The position numbers and the translations under genes were made by a program. Under the pieces are notes generated by a model. The model saw only the letters and a program-made list of their open reading frames with translations. It did not search any database and had not been told where the DNA came from. DNA of 64,000 nt from Somniosus microcephalus. Taxonomy: Eukaryota. Positions 50,521-63,264 of this stretch are shown here, piece after piece (positions within the stretch are counted from its first letter, which is position 1; each line of letters begins with the position of its first letter). The DNA lies in the NCBI GenBank assembly GCA_052327205.1, contig CM126227.1:16368001-16432000 (forward strand). The letters are read 5' to 3'.

Positions 50521-50916
50521 TCAAGTCCCACTCCAGAGACTTGAGCACAAAAATCTAGTCTGACACTACCAGTGCAGTACTGAGGGAGTGCTGCACTGTC
50601 GGAGGTGCCGTCTTTCAGATGAGATGTTAAACCGAGGCCCTGTCTGCTCTCTCAGGTGGACGTAAAAGATCCCGTGGCACTATTTTGAAGAATAGCAGGG
50701 GAGTTATCCCCGGTGTCCTGGGCCAACATTTAACCCTCAATAATCATCTAAAAAAAAAAACAAATTATCTGGTCATTATCACATTGCTGTTTGTGGGAGC
50801 TTGCTGTGCCCAAATTGCCTGCCGCGTTTCCCACATTACAACAGAGACTACACTTCAAAAAGGACTTCATTGACTGTAAAGCGCTTTGAGACGGCCGGTG
50901 GTCGTGAACGGCACTA

Positions 50917-51757
50917 CAGGTTGAGCATCCAAAATCCGGAGTTCCGGAATCCGGTACGATTGGTGGCAGGGTCATTCGGAATCCGTAAAATGTTCTGGAA
51001 TCCAGAACTCCGGATTTTGGACGCTCAACCTGTACTTCAAAAAGCCATTAACTTTTGTTGTCTTTCTTTGAAAAATCCTATGAAAAATGCGAGTGATGCA
51101 ATAAAACTTTAGTGTGGTGTTTTATCCTCCTTAATCTGCACAGCTCCGCTAAGTGTTTCCGCCAGGCTGCGGCCACGGCACCACGCCGCCCTGGTGGCCT
51201 AGTGTGGGCTATCGGATGCTCTGCAGAGCTCGCAGCGTCCCTCCCCTTTAACAGAAGGGGAGGGGGCGGAGAAACGCGTCAGCGCTACGCGGGAGCGGCC
51301 CAGGCATTTCCGGACTTCGGAACGTGTTTCTGATGTCCAAAGTCCGGAAATGCCTGAGCCCAGGTTGTGATATTTCCGGACTTCGGACATCGGCAGCACG
51401 GTGGCATAGTGGTTAGCACTGTTGCCTCACAGCGCCAGGGACCCGGGTTTGAATCCAGCCTCGGGCGACTGTCTGTGTGGAGTTTGCACATTCTCCCCGT
51501 GTTTGCGTGGGTTTCCTCCGGGTGCTCCGGTTTCCTCCCACAGTCCAAAGATGTGTGAGTTAGGTTGATTGGCTATGATAAATTGACCCTTAGTGTTAGG
51601 GGGATTAAATACGTGGGGTTATGGGGATAGGGTGGGATATGTGTCGGTGCAGGCTCGATGGGCCGAAATGGCCTCTATCTGCACTGTGGGGTTTCTGTGA
51701 TTCTGTGATCAGAAACACATGCCGAAGTCTGGAAAAACACAAAAACCGCTCAACCTG
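50917..51757. mobile_element. Composite Tc1/mariner (Tigger/pogo-like) non-autonomous element
   Basis: TA|CAGGTTGAGC left end; right ends GCTCAACCTG|TA at both 51032 and 51757; internal palindromes. Confidence 0.78.
51392..51709 (+). mobile_element. HE1-type V-SINE nested in the MITE
   Basis: tRNA head ggcagcacggtggcatagtggttagcac..., V-domain gtgtggagtttgcacattctccccgtgtttgcgtgggtttcctccgggtgctccggtttcctcccacagtccaaaga, CR1-like tail tctgtgattctgtgat. Confidence 0.9.
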
Positions 51758-52234
51758 TATATAAATGCAAGTCTTTCTTCATGCAGTGGCTTTTTTTAAA
51801 TGTAGAATTTCTCAACATGTTTTTGATTTCAAAACTCATTTGTTCTATACTCAAGAAAAGCTGTAAAAATCCAGAAATGTGAAATAAAAACAAAATAAAT
51901 ACTGGAAATGTGTAAAAGATCCACCAGCATCCGAAAGACTGGTTGACATTTTGGTTGGAAACTCCAGCCTAGTTTTCGGGTTGGCGCTAGTTTGATGCTG
52001 GGGCTAATCCATTTATTCTAAATGGGTTGCCATTGACATTAAAGTAAAAGCAATTCAACAATATAGGCATTTCAGTCATAACTTCTGCCTTAATTTGTGC
52101 TTTGTTTTCTGCATTCAGTATCGTTCATCCTTGCATTATTTCCCAAGTGTAATGCAACTAACTGTAATAACCAATTCAAAATTGATATCTGGCAATAATT
52201 GCAAATGCATTTTCTCAAAAAAGAGTTACAGTAA

Positions 52235-52451
52235 ATAGAAACATAGAAGATAGGAGCAGGAGTAGGCCATTCGGCCCCTCGAGCCTGTTCCGCCATTTAA
52301 TGAGATCATGGCTGATCATCCAAACTCAGTACCCTGTTCCTGCCTTCTCCCCATATCCCTTTAGCCTTAAGAAATATATCTAACTCCTTCTTGAATATAT
52401 TTAATGAATTGGCCTTCTGTGATAGAGAATTCCACAGGTTCACCACTCTCT
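52235..52451 (-). mobile_element. CR1 LINE 3' fragment
   Basis: Reverse complement of the 13306/17389/39400 subfamily 3' end. Confidence 0.9.
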
Positions 52452-52964
52452 AGCTTTAGGGTTTATGAATTGTGGGTTATTTGGTAATCATAAATTTTGT
52501 AACACGTACTTAACTCAAGAGTCCCATTTAACTTTAGTACACAATACATTTCACGCTATTTAGTTCAGCCTTGATCAATATATAATCCCTGTACCATAAA
52601 AAAAAATATTGACAACAGATTAACTTTTTTTTTTTAAATTGCAGATTTACAAGATTGTCAGGTAGATTTTTTAAATTGCATATATACAATTGCGGAGGAT
52701 ATATTCACCATATTTGGAATTTGTAGTTAGTGCACTTTTTAAAATGGAACACCATTGCTCTGCTATGCAAGAGCATCAAATAAGAGGTCCCATGAGCAGC
52801 TGCATATATATTCCAGAGACTGGACTGTGCCCTTTATGAACAGTGGCAAGATCAGGAGCAGGATGAATGCCAATCTCATTTGGGTCTATCTGAACGGGCC
52901 AGAGATAGACACAGTAGATAAGGCCATTCACACTTCATCTAGAGCCATCCTTTGTTCCTTGAAT

Positions 52965-53232
52965 GTCTCTCAATGTCTCTCACTCTCTCCTGCTTTCTAT
53001 CCTATCTCTGACCTTCCCTGTTGTTCTTTCATCCCCCTCCCCCTTTTCCCAGCCCCCACTTGCTTTAAAATCTATCCCTTTTCCTGCTTTTTTCCCCAGT
53101 TCTGACGAAGGGTCTTCGACCTGAAACGTTAACTCCATTTCTCTCTCCACGGATGTTGCCTGGCCTGCTGAGTTTTTCCAGCGTTTTCTGTTGTTATTTC
53201 GGATTTCCAGCATCCGCAGTATTTTGCTATCG
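52965..53232 (+). mobile_element. Penelope-like 3' UTR plus pLTR
   Basis: Pyrimidine-rich UTR followed by tctgacgaagggtcttcgacctgaaacgttaact...ccagcatccgcagtattttgct. Confidence 0.82.
53098..53134 (+). ncRNA. Minimal type I hammerhead ribozyme motif (PLE type)
   Basis: AGTT (stem I) CTGACGA A GGGTC-ttc-GACCT (stem II) GAAA CG TT AACT (stem I'); palindromic AACGTT replaces stem III, as described for Penelope-like-element hammerheads. Confidence 0.7.
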
Positions 53233-53802
53233 TCAAAGTAGATAAGCTATCTGAGTGAGACACTCAACATGGATGGTATTCAATGGCCTGCTTTTACATC
53301 AGACAAATGAGAACACACGGCGGAGTTCACTTTAAATGATCGTTGTTTATGGTAATCAGTTGGCTTTATGTATGGGTCAAATCTTGATTTGCCATTTACG
53401 CTCGTGCATTTGCCCTCATTATAATTATCAACAGGTATTCCGGTGTCAAGATCAATTCTGTTGTGACACAGAAAGGATTTTGTAATTTGTGCCTATTAAT
53501 GGTAATGTGAACTGGATTCCCCTGCCTTGTCTATAGAAGCAGCCGTAGCTTTATTTCGCTTCTCTCTGAGCCCCAGCCTGCACGATTTGAAATGCCTTGT
53601 GCAACAACCCACCACCAACTGGAATGACGCTCGCTGAATTTTAACAGCTTGATGACAGGCCAAGACTCGCGGTAAGCTCATGGACTCAGACTTTATAAAG
53701 AAGGAAATCAAAGCTAAAACCTGCAGTGACGAAAGCAACAGTGAGACTGTAGTGAGGAGAAGGACTTGGCATATCAACTCCACAAGAAGTGACCATCAAC
53801 TC

Positions 53803-54197
53803 TAACTCCAGAGACTTGAGCACAGAAATCCAGGCTGACACTCCCAGTGCAGTACTGAGGGGGGTGCCGTCTTTCAGACGAGACGTTAAACCGAGGCCCT
53901 GTCTGCTCCCTCAGGTGGACATAAAAGATCCTACGGCACTATTTTCGAAGAAGAGCAGGGGAGTTATCCCCAGTGTCCTGGGGCCAATATTTATCCCTCA
54001 ACCAACATCACTAAAAACAGATTATCTGGTCATTGTCACATTGTTGTTTGTGGGAACTTGCTGTGCGCATATTAGCTGCCATGTTTCCTACATTACAAGT
54101 GACTACACTCCAAAAAAGTATTTCATTGGCTGTAAAGCACTTTGGGACGTCCGGTGGTTGTGAAGGGCGCTATAGAAATGCAAGTCTTTCTTTCTTT
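53803..54197 (+). mobile_element. SacSINE1-type SINE, head-truncated
   Basis: actccagagacttgagcac...gggcgctatagaaatgcaagtctttc. Confidence 0.85.
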
Positions 54198-54828
54198 ACA
54201 TCTTGGCAATGGGGAAAGATCAAATTTATGATGCTGCTTGGCATGACTGTTAATCACTGGTTCTCTAGAAATAATTAAAAGAGAAAAGTTGAAGATGTTT
54301 TCTTGTACCACTAATACTTTAGATGATTCTGACTAATGTATTTATGTTAGCCATTTTTTGCACTGTACTGTTACTTGTCCACCAATAACAACAGAATCTG
54401 TTCCTCTTTGCAAGCAGACTGGCACAGCATTCCAGTGCAGTAATTTGTATGTGTTGATCTTCCAACTTTATCATTAAATCGAATTTCATTTCACTGTCTT
54501 CTCCCGGTGAGCAGAAAGTCTCGGTGACTTTCACAGTATTAGGCTGGGAGGAAAGGAGTACATCGGTTTAGAATTACTTAACTGCCCTCCAAATTTGGAT
54601 TATGCCCCTTGTGAATACTCTCGTCATTGCATTCAAACTAAATGCCACAACAGTGCACAACAATTATCTTAATTAAGTGATTTTATTCAATTAGGATTCC
54701 GAGCAGGAAGCACAGGAAGTGACTTAAAAGTCACACTGAAATGAGAAACCTTTGCACCACCAAATTTAAGAAGTAAACAAGCAGTCAACCTGTTTAAGTT
54801 GGACTGGGAAAAGTAAGAGACTTGTACA

Positions 54829-55000
54829 CAATGTTCCCCATGAGCTGCGCTTTGCTCTGGTGCGCGGCCTGTTTCTTTTAACGCGCGGTCCCTTTAAATT
54901 TCCGCGCACCCGCGGTATTTACAATGTAAAAGCCAGTGAGCGGCCTGCGCGGAACCTTTGAGATTACCGCGCGGCCCCGCGCACCTTAGTGGGAACGTTG
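54829..55000. mobile_element. hAT-type MITE, copy 2
   Basis: CAATGTTCCC / GGGAACGTTG; imperfect 8-bp TSD CTTGTACA / CTTGTAAT; interior homologous to 48795-48976. Confidence 0.85.
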
Positions 55001-55610
55001 CTTGTAATACTAGCTGTGCGTGCACAAACTGTGAGTGGGGTTGAAAGTGGTGCGAGAATCAGAAATTCTCAAGATGAAAAAGGAAGCAAAGGAAGGGGGA
55101 TGTTAAAATTATTGGAGGTTAAAGGGACTGCACAGCAAATTGACAAATGATGGGTGCAAACACTCATCCAGTCCAGGTAGAAATGCAGCACAGCATAATG
55201 TTAGGTGACAAAAGGCAAAGTGGGAAAAAAAAGCAACTAAATTCAGCAAACAGGATGGTGGGAGGTGAAGACATAAAGAAGGACAAAAAAAAAAGTGCCT
55301 GTACAGCTTTTGAGCACAGCCATCTGTCACTGGCACTAGTCAGTTCCCTGGAACTCATTCATTAATTGGGTATGCGCGGTCGCTGGTCTTGCAACAGAAC
55401 CTCATGGCTCATTTGTTGTAGAACTTCAAGGCTCCCAAGTGCGATGGAATTTGTGCATATCACATTGAAGGATGGATTCCGTACCATTGAAGAAACATAA
55501 AAACTGCACATACACAAGAACAACTGGTTTCAATTTACGGCTTGCGATTATTTTCTGGTCACTGTAGCTTCTCCAATAAAGGCCTCGAGTGCCAGTGACA
55601 GGATAGGTAT

Positions 55611-56024
55611 GTTGTCCGCATGCCCGATACGAAACTCCCAAAACAAGCGCTCTACTCGGAGCTCCGGCACGGCAAGAGGGCCCCAGGTGGGCAGAGGAAA
55701 CGCTTCAAGGACACCCTCAAAGCCTCCTTGAAAAAGTGTAACATCCCCATCGACACCTGGGAATCCCTGGCCCAAGACCGCACAAAGTGGAGGAGAAGCA
55801 TCTGGGAAGGCGCCGAACACCTCGAGTCTCTTTGCTGGGAGCAAGCGAAAGCCAAGCGCAGGCAGCGCACGTCAACCCAAGGACCCCACCCATCCGCCCC
55901 TTCAACCACCGTCTGCCCCATCTGTGACAGACTGTCGGTCCCGCATTGGACTCATCAGTCACCTGCGAACTCATTTTTAATGTGGAAGCAAGTCATCCTC
56001 GGCTCTGAGGGACTGCCTAAGAAG
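55611..56024 (+). mobile_element. RTE-clade LINE 3' fragment
   Basis: MPDTKLPKQALYSELRHGKRAPGGQRKRFKDTLKASLKKCNI...WESLAQDRTKWR, a typical RTE ORF end; tail gggactgcctaagaag; absent from the paralogous site at 50510. Confidence 0.9.
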
Positions 56025-56036
56025 ATATTGCTGGCC

Positions 56037-56458
56037 TCAAGTCCCACTCCAGAGACTTGAGCAAAAAAATCTAGGCTGACACTCCCAGTGCAGTACTGAG
56101 GGAGAGCTGCACTGTCGGAGGTGCCGTCTTTCAGATGAGACGTTAAACTGAGGCCCCGTCTGCTCTCTCAGGTGGACGTAAAAGATCCCATGGCCACTAT
56201 TTCGAAGAATAGCAAGGGGAGTTATCCCCGGCGTCCTGGCCAATATTTATCCCTCAATCAACATCTAAAAAAAAATTCAGATGATCTGGTCATTATCACA
56301 TTGCTGTTTGTGGGAGCTTGCTGTGCGCAAATTGGCTGCCGCGTTTCCTACATTACAACAGTGACTACACTTCAAAATAGTACTTCATTGGCTGTAAAGC
56401 ACTTTGGGAATATGCGGTGGTCGTGAAAGGCGCTATAGAAATGCAAGTCTTTCTTTCT
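56037..56458 (+). mobile_element. SacSINE1-type SINE, head-truncated
   Basis: Same truncation point and left flank as the 50521 copy. Confidence 0.88.
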
Positions 56459-57477
56459 AAGTAGATGGAGCCCAGGAGCAGCCGAAAGAAATAGGAAGCT
56501 TCCCTCCAGTGGCACTCTTTGGCGCTGCCTGCTTGTTGTTGCTTTGTAAAGTAAATGTGGCAACAGTCAGCCCTGTGTTCTTTGTTTTGGTGCACGAGGC
56601 TTCCTGTGACCCTCGAATCAGCATGTCCCATTCGTGTTGAGTATAGTCACAAATGTCTGCTGCCTGCTGTTGTAACCGGACCTCTCGCGCGTTCTTACTT
56701 GTTCAGACCGAGTTTTAATTTCACCTTAATTTGGGGCAGTGGAAAGATGGGACGGGGGGGGCGGGGAGAGAAACTTGCCTCCCGCCCTCCTCATCCGCTT
56801 CTCTGAAACCCCTTCTCATTTTTGCAGCTAATCTGGGAGGTGGATAGAGCAGACCGCTTGTCTATGTGAATCCACTGAAAGACCAGCAGGTGGTGCACTG
56901 GAGGAGAGAGAGAGACAATGGTTAACAGCGTCTGTCGCTATGGGCAGGTCACCCACGCAGGAGAACAACTTTCCACTGCATCGAAGCAATCAGCAAGTGT
57001 CAAACTCGATTCAAACACGATATAATCAAGTTTTACTGGCAGACTGTGTTTGGACTTGAACCAGCAGGGACATTAATCCAAGTAAACACCACATACCAGT
57101 CATTACAACGCCTACTCAGTGAAGATTTAAGGTGTATTGAGATGATGTAAAGCAGCAACACCAGAAAAGAGAATTTAAAATAAAAAGTTGCCTGTAAAAC
57201 CTGGAAGGAGTTTCATGAAAAAAAACACTACAAAATATGCACTTGTAGACTTGCATCTTCTCATAATAACTAAAAGAGGTTGGCGTAATCCCCAACTCTG
57301 ACTTTTGCCAATATGAATTACCCATGTTAAGTTTTACATCTCAACTTGGCTCAGTTTGCAATACTCTTGCTTCTTGATGAGAAGGTTTGAGTTAAGAGTC
57401 CCACATCATCCAGGCTGACAGTCCAGTGCAGTACAGAATTACTGTATCGTTATAGGCATCATCCTTGGAATGAGACA

Positions 57478-57760
57478 TGAGGGGTCGGCCATTTAAGACT
57501 GAGATGAGGAGGAATTTCTTCACTCAGAGGGGTGAGAATCATTGGAATTCTCTGCCCCAGAGGGCTGTGGATGCTGAGTCGTTGAGTATATTCAAGGCTG
57601 AGATCGATAGATTTTTGAACTCATGGGGAATCAAGGGATATGGAGAGCGGGCGGGGAAGTGGAGTTGAGGTCGAAGATCAGCCATGATCTTATTGAATGG
57701 CGGAGCAGGCTCGAGGGGCCGAATGGCCTACTCCTGCTCCTAATTCTAATATTCTTATGT
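57478..57760 (+). mobile_element. CR1 3' fragment inserted in an old SacSINE1-type copy (~57345-58020)
   Basis: RGRPFKTEMRRNFFTQR; flanks show degraded SINE head and core/tail. Confidence 0.82.
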
Positions 57761-58599
57761 TTAACCAAGGTGCTGTTTGCTCATTCAGGTGGACATTATA
57801 GATTCCATGGCGCTAATTTAAGTAGAGCAGGGAGTTCCTCCCAGTGCCCAACAGTCCTCCCTTAATGAACCGTCAAAAAAACCCCACTTGGATTAACCAA
57901 TCTTTCATCCCATTGCTGTTTGTGGAACGCTATTAGTTCAGAATGGCTGCCGCGCGTGCCCACTTAACAGTCACTGCACATTGTTGTGTGAACTGCTTTT
58001 GAGATGCTTTGGCCTAACACAATACTCAAGTGCAGTATCATTAGGCTATAGCAGCAGTTCGCAATTGTGATTAAGCATGAATTGAGAACCTCACTTCAAG
58101 GATTGGGTCTCATGCTGATGCTGAAGTGCACAGTTGTGACGCACCCAGTCCGTCCTCTTGGTTGTGGAAGGTACAAGTTAGAAGGACGTTTGATAAAAGG
58201 TATTAAAAAAAATCAAACTGGAAAACAAACATGTTTCGTGGAACTGCCCAGCACCATAAAGAGGGAAGCTCCACTAAATTCACAATTCAGTATTCAACCC
58301 AGATCGCAGCATGAAGATGCAAAATGTGCCTTTCCTCCCTCAAACCATTGATCTCGTCCCTCTCTTAGAAGTTATGGAAAACAGCTCTCTCCATGGCTTA
58401 GTGAGTTTATTAAATGGGTAGCTGGCCCCCACAGACTAGTAAGTTCTCAGTTTCAATCCCCTGTCTGTGTGGAGTTAGTTGATTGGAGCCAAGACAGATC
58501 ATGGGATGTTGCAATTGGAGCCACCCCTGGTAGAACTGCATGTGTGAAAGTCAGGTGAATGCAGTGATACCTTTACAGCCTGATGCACGTGGAACTGCA

Positions 58600-59000
58600 T
58601 CCATCATCCCTGTGCTTGCTGACCTACATTGGCTCCTGGTTAAGCAACGCCTCGATTTCAAAATTCTCATCCTTGTTTTCAAATCTCTCTCCACCAGCCC
58701 TACAACCCTCGGAGATATCTGCGCTCCTCCAATTCTGGCCTCTTGAGCATCCCCGATTTTAATCGCTCCACCATTGGCGGCCGTGCCTTCAGCTGCCAAG
58801 GCCCTGAGCTCTGGAATTCCCTCCCTAAAGCTCTCCGCCTCTCTTTCCTCCTTTATGATGCTCCTTAAAACCTACCGTCATCTATCCTAATATCTCCTTA
58901 TGGGGCTCAGTGTCAAATTTTGTTTGAGAACGCTCCTGTGAAGCGCCACGGGGCGTTTTACTCCATTAATAGGCGCTATATAAATACAAGTTGTTGCTGC
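58600..59000 (+). mobile_element. L2 LINE 3' fragment
   Basis: IIPVLADLHWLLVKQRLDFKILILVFKSL (L2 ORF2 end) and tail aggcgctatataaatacaagttgttg. Confidence 0.85.
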
Positions 59001-60804
59001 TGCTGTTGAAGCCAATGCCTTCAGGAGAGGACGGGTAGGGAGAAATTAGCAGAGAAATGTGGGGAAAATAACCCTTTCAAGACTGTACTCCACCATTATC
59101 GTCCTGTGGTGGCACAGAAAATCACAGAGTGGCAGAACAAAGGAGTTCCTCTGTGGTTACCCACAAGCAAATGTTCCAATTATTCCCAAATTGTAAAGAA
59201 AACAAACGACTCGCCCATCACATGAGGCGCCAGTTACAAAGTGCCATTGGCTTTAGGCTGGCCATAAATGTGGCACATTGCAATTTCTTTTAATGGGAAG
59301 GACTTGAAGGAAAAGAGATGATTAAAACATCTAAAGTCTCCACTACAGTTCTTGATTACCTTAGAGCAGCAGTCAGTTACAACTTTCCCACCACACCTCA
59401 TTGTCTCATTAGATCTTTTTACAAATCTTCGCTTTGTTAATTCACAGCCGTCTGATTTGCAACTGTTCTATTCAAGGTAAGTGCACAGTTGCTCTCACAT
59501 AAGTGTCTTATTTAAGTTTTGGGTGGTGGAGATATCATTCACTGTCCAAATTAGTTTTGTTCACAAGCCTGATTGCACTCAGGCGAGCAGGCTGAGTGAG
59601 CCAACTAGCGCAAACCATCAAACTCGCACCACATCGAAATGACAAATGACTGAAAAAAGCCCTCACACACAGTGCTTCCAGTAAGCCTGTTCCTATCGCC
59701 CAGCCGGCCAAGGTTACAAAAATAGCAAACTCGCGAGTGTGGCCTTGACGAAATCAGTGCAGAGGGAAATGGGCTGCAAACCCCATTTTCGAAAACTATC
59801 TGCAATTTCTGAAATCGCAAACAAGTGTGTGAATGTGCTGCAAACCACACATACTTCCAATCTGTCACCCAGCATGCAACCAGCTTCAGTGATGGTTTAC
59901 AGTCCCTGCACACAGCACGATATTATGATGTCAGTAAGACATGTGATGGATAAAAGAATTGCTGCAGCATCTGTTTTCTTTGGCAAGGAATTTGCTACAT
60001 TTTAAGATCAATACCAAACATGTGACGATTATGTCCTGTGACACTCAACAGGGGCTGAGACCTGTATTATTGCTTCTCATGCGATTTAGTACAGGGATTA
60101 GTGTTCCAACTATCATAACGTGGCTGTTAGGCAGGAGACAGGTGTGGACAAGCAAATCTTAGATAATTGCTGGATCTTCACTGCTCTCTGGGGTGTGCAG
60201 ATACAGATGGCTTCCTTGAAGGCTGCTTGATTAACTGCAGACAATACCTGAAATCAGCCCTCGGGAACTGCTCCAGGAGTTTGGGAAAGGATGATGCAGC
60301 TTTTTGAAATAATCCACCGTATTAGTTCAGGGAACGTAACCTGAAAAAAAAATATAGGCTGGTAGGCCCTCAATGGCATAGTGGGTGAATTTGGCATTGC
60401 ACCTATCAGGAAGGCCCTGGTTCAGTAGGGTGTTAAAATTGACTTCAACATTCCCCGAATTGGGAAGGGTGGGGGGGAGAAAAAAAGCCAACTAGGCTTC
60501 CCATTCCTGATGGCTATCCAGTGACCCTTGCTGGAAAGTGTGGGTGCATGGGTGTCAGCTTAGGACAGTTCTGATGTCCTCTATGAACAAATAATCTGTA
60601 AACATTCACTGGTGAGGATCATGTAGGGGGAAAAAGGAGAGTTGGAGAATATACTTCAGGATTGTGGATCTATATTCCGGTATGAGTCAGCACTTCAAGG
60701 AGAAAAGGGAAGATAACTTGGGGTAGCGAGAGGAAATGGCCGTGAACAGCAATTCTGCGTATCTTAAATCATTGTAAAATTGATAAGTGTATCTTGAGTG
60801 ATTC

Positions 60805-61060
60805 AACCGTCTCGTGTGGCGGCGAGTTCCACATTCTCACCACTCTGAGTGAAGAAGTTTCTCCTGAATTCCTTATTGGATTTATCAGTGTCTAACTTGC
60901 AGTTACAGCCCCTAGTCTTGGACTCATCTACAAGTGGAAACATCTTCTTTATGTCTACCCTATCGAACTCCTTCATTATTCCGAAGATCTCTATCGGGTC
61001 ACCCCTCAGTCTTCTCTTTTCCAGAGAAAAGAGCCCCAGCCTGTTCAGCCTTTCCTGATC
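60805..61060 (-). mobile_element. CR1 LINE fragment
   Basis: gagttccacattctcaccactctgagtgaagaagtttctcctg...tcacccctcagtcttctcttttccagagaaaagagccccagcctg. Confidence 0.8.
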
Positions 61061-61763
61061 GTTGTGGTAAAAGTTTCCACATTGTAAGAACGCTTTGGAA
61101 TTCTTCTCCCCTTCCCTTTTTTGCTTCTTGTATTAATCCTGCATTTGTGCCCATGTTGGGTTACTTATGTTTCTGTTATGTATAAATATTTGATTTTTCA
61201 TTTTGTTCCTTGAAACTTTTTAATTTAACTCTTTATCCTACTTCTTCAGAAACACAGACTGAAAAAATCAGAAATCCCTAGCTGATTTCATGGAGATGCT
61301 GTAACAGCTTCACTGATGATGAACGTACAACACATGCACTCGTGTTGACTTCCGAGACCAGCAGGGCACAGATCAGGGATTCCAGTTAAACCTACGTACA
61401 AGGATTCATAACCTCAGTGATCTCTGTTTATTGCTTTTGTGGCTTCCTTCCGTCAACAGGAGAGCAAGCCCCTTTCAACTGATTAGTTTAGGAAGTGTAG
61501 GCAAAGCACCATAGGACACGACATGATTAATGCTGAAAATAGGAGAAAGTCAAGTATTAATGATTTGGTGATACCAGCCCTGAGTTATGAAAGCAAGTAG
61601 GATGTTACAGGATTTTTTTCTGGAGTGGGGAATTGAATTGGTGGGAGACGCGGAAGAGAAGAGAGGTTGAAACACTCCTATTAGGAGACAAAACCCTCTA
61701 CTCCAGTCAGCCCCAGTAAAAACTGGGCAACTAACCAGGCTCTCCAATCTCTGGAATGCACAC

Positions 61764-61989
61764 TGACATGAATCAGTCATTCAAAAAGAAAGACTTACGA
61801 AATAATACTGAGCGGCCTGCGGGTGGCGCTGTCCAGGGAGAGTATAAATACTCGGGCACGGGCCCAGCTTGCGCAGGACATTCTTAACAGGAACTAGTGA
61901 AGGACACAACTAGACCTCCATGTTGTAAAACAGTTGATTAAAGCTTTGTTTAACGCTTAGACCAAGTGCCTAGTAGTTTTCTTGCGTCA
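61764..61989 (+). mobile_element. Solo LTR, 226 bp (same family as 23651)
   Basis: TGAC...GTCA; 5-bp TSD CACAC / CATAC; TATAAATA and ATTAAA conserved. Confidence 0.83.
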
Positions 61990-63264
61990 CATACTTACCA
62001 ATATCTCACAAAAATTCGACAGCGGCGTGACTACTTTTTAATTTCCCAGAAAGAGAAAGGGTCACAGTACAAAGCAGACAAGTTTTATAGTCCTGTAACC
62101 CAATCACTCTCAGCACACCTTCTGTGGTGGACCAGTAATTGTCCAAGCGTGTCTGCATCAGCAGCAGCCTTTGGGCTCTTTTCTTCAATCAGCTTCTCTA
62201 CACTCATGAAGCACCTCAGGATCTTTTTGCTATGCTCAAGGTGCTGGATAATTGTTGCCGTCGAGGGTTTGGAAACATTTTAACACAGCAGTGGAGAGGA
62301 ATCCAAACCAGCTACAACCAGGAATGTCCTGAGGAAATCTGTACCAAATGGCACATATGGAACTGGAAGTACACCATCGTCTCTGCTGCAACTGCACTGG
62401 CGAGCCAGCACATGATCTCAATCAGCACTACTGAAGTGATGCAAGGATTACAATCCCTCCTGCAAATTATTTCCCCACCAGGCAAAAACAACTGGACTTT
62501 AGTTCAAATGAAGGTGCCAAATGTGTATCTTCATGCTAAAATTCAAGGGAGCTAGGCTAGTCTTTGACTTGGGGGTGATTAATTTTACCAATTCAATGCT
62601 ATATTTCACTAAAGCTGCAGCTCAGAACACACATGCACAGTATGACAAGGCACGTAAGTGTTAAGCAAGCGCTCAAGCAGAACTAGTGAATATTTTATGC
62701 TCCATTTCTCTCCGATATAAGCAAACGGGTTGTCAAAAATTGAGACAGGAAATAACTTTGCTGTTCATGCTACAAACATTTAACATTCAATTGCCAACTG
62801 GCCTTTATCCCGTCGAAGCCAGTTACTGACACAAAACGAGGTCACAATATCAGCAGACAGTGAGGCTAGCAGGCACAGTATTATTCTGAGAGGTATCAAT
62901 AATCCAAGTCATTCACTGATGCTTTCATTGGTAAACTGAAAATGAATATGTTGCGTGCCTTGGGCAAATTGACCACCACAGATACACTAGTGTCAGCAAG
63001 CCATCCTCTAGTATCTTGCTCAAGTTACCCATCTTTCCATGTACTAGCCTCGATATTAAGTGGTAGCAGGCTATTCAATTGGGAGGGGGGGGTGCATCAC
63101 TGTAGAGCCAGATTCTGGCCACATGTGCATATTCCAGCACAGCTTACTGGATCATGATCAAGAATGGGAAAACTAATTCATTTCCCCATCCTTCTCCAAG
63201 CAGGGAGTGAAAGGATGTTGGGGTCAATTTATAGACCCTTCTTCAGCTGCCCCAAGTGTGATAA

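Larger units (their letters stand above)
50521..51780 (+). mobile_element. SacSINE1-type SINE with tail split by a DNA-transposon insertion
   Basis: SINE runs to ggcacTA (50916) and resumes TAtaaatgcaagtctttc at 51758. Confidence 0.85.
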
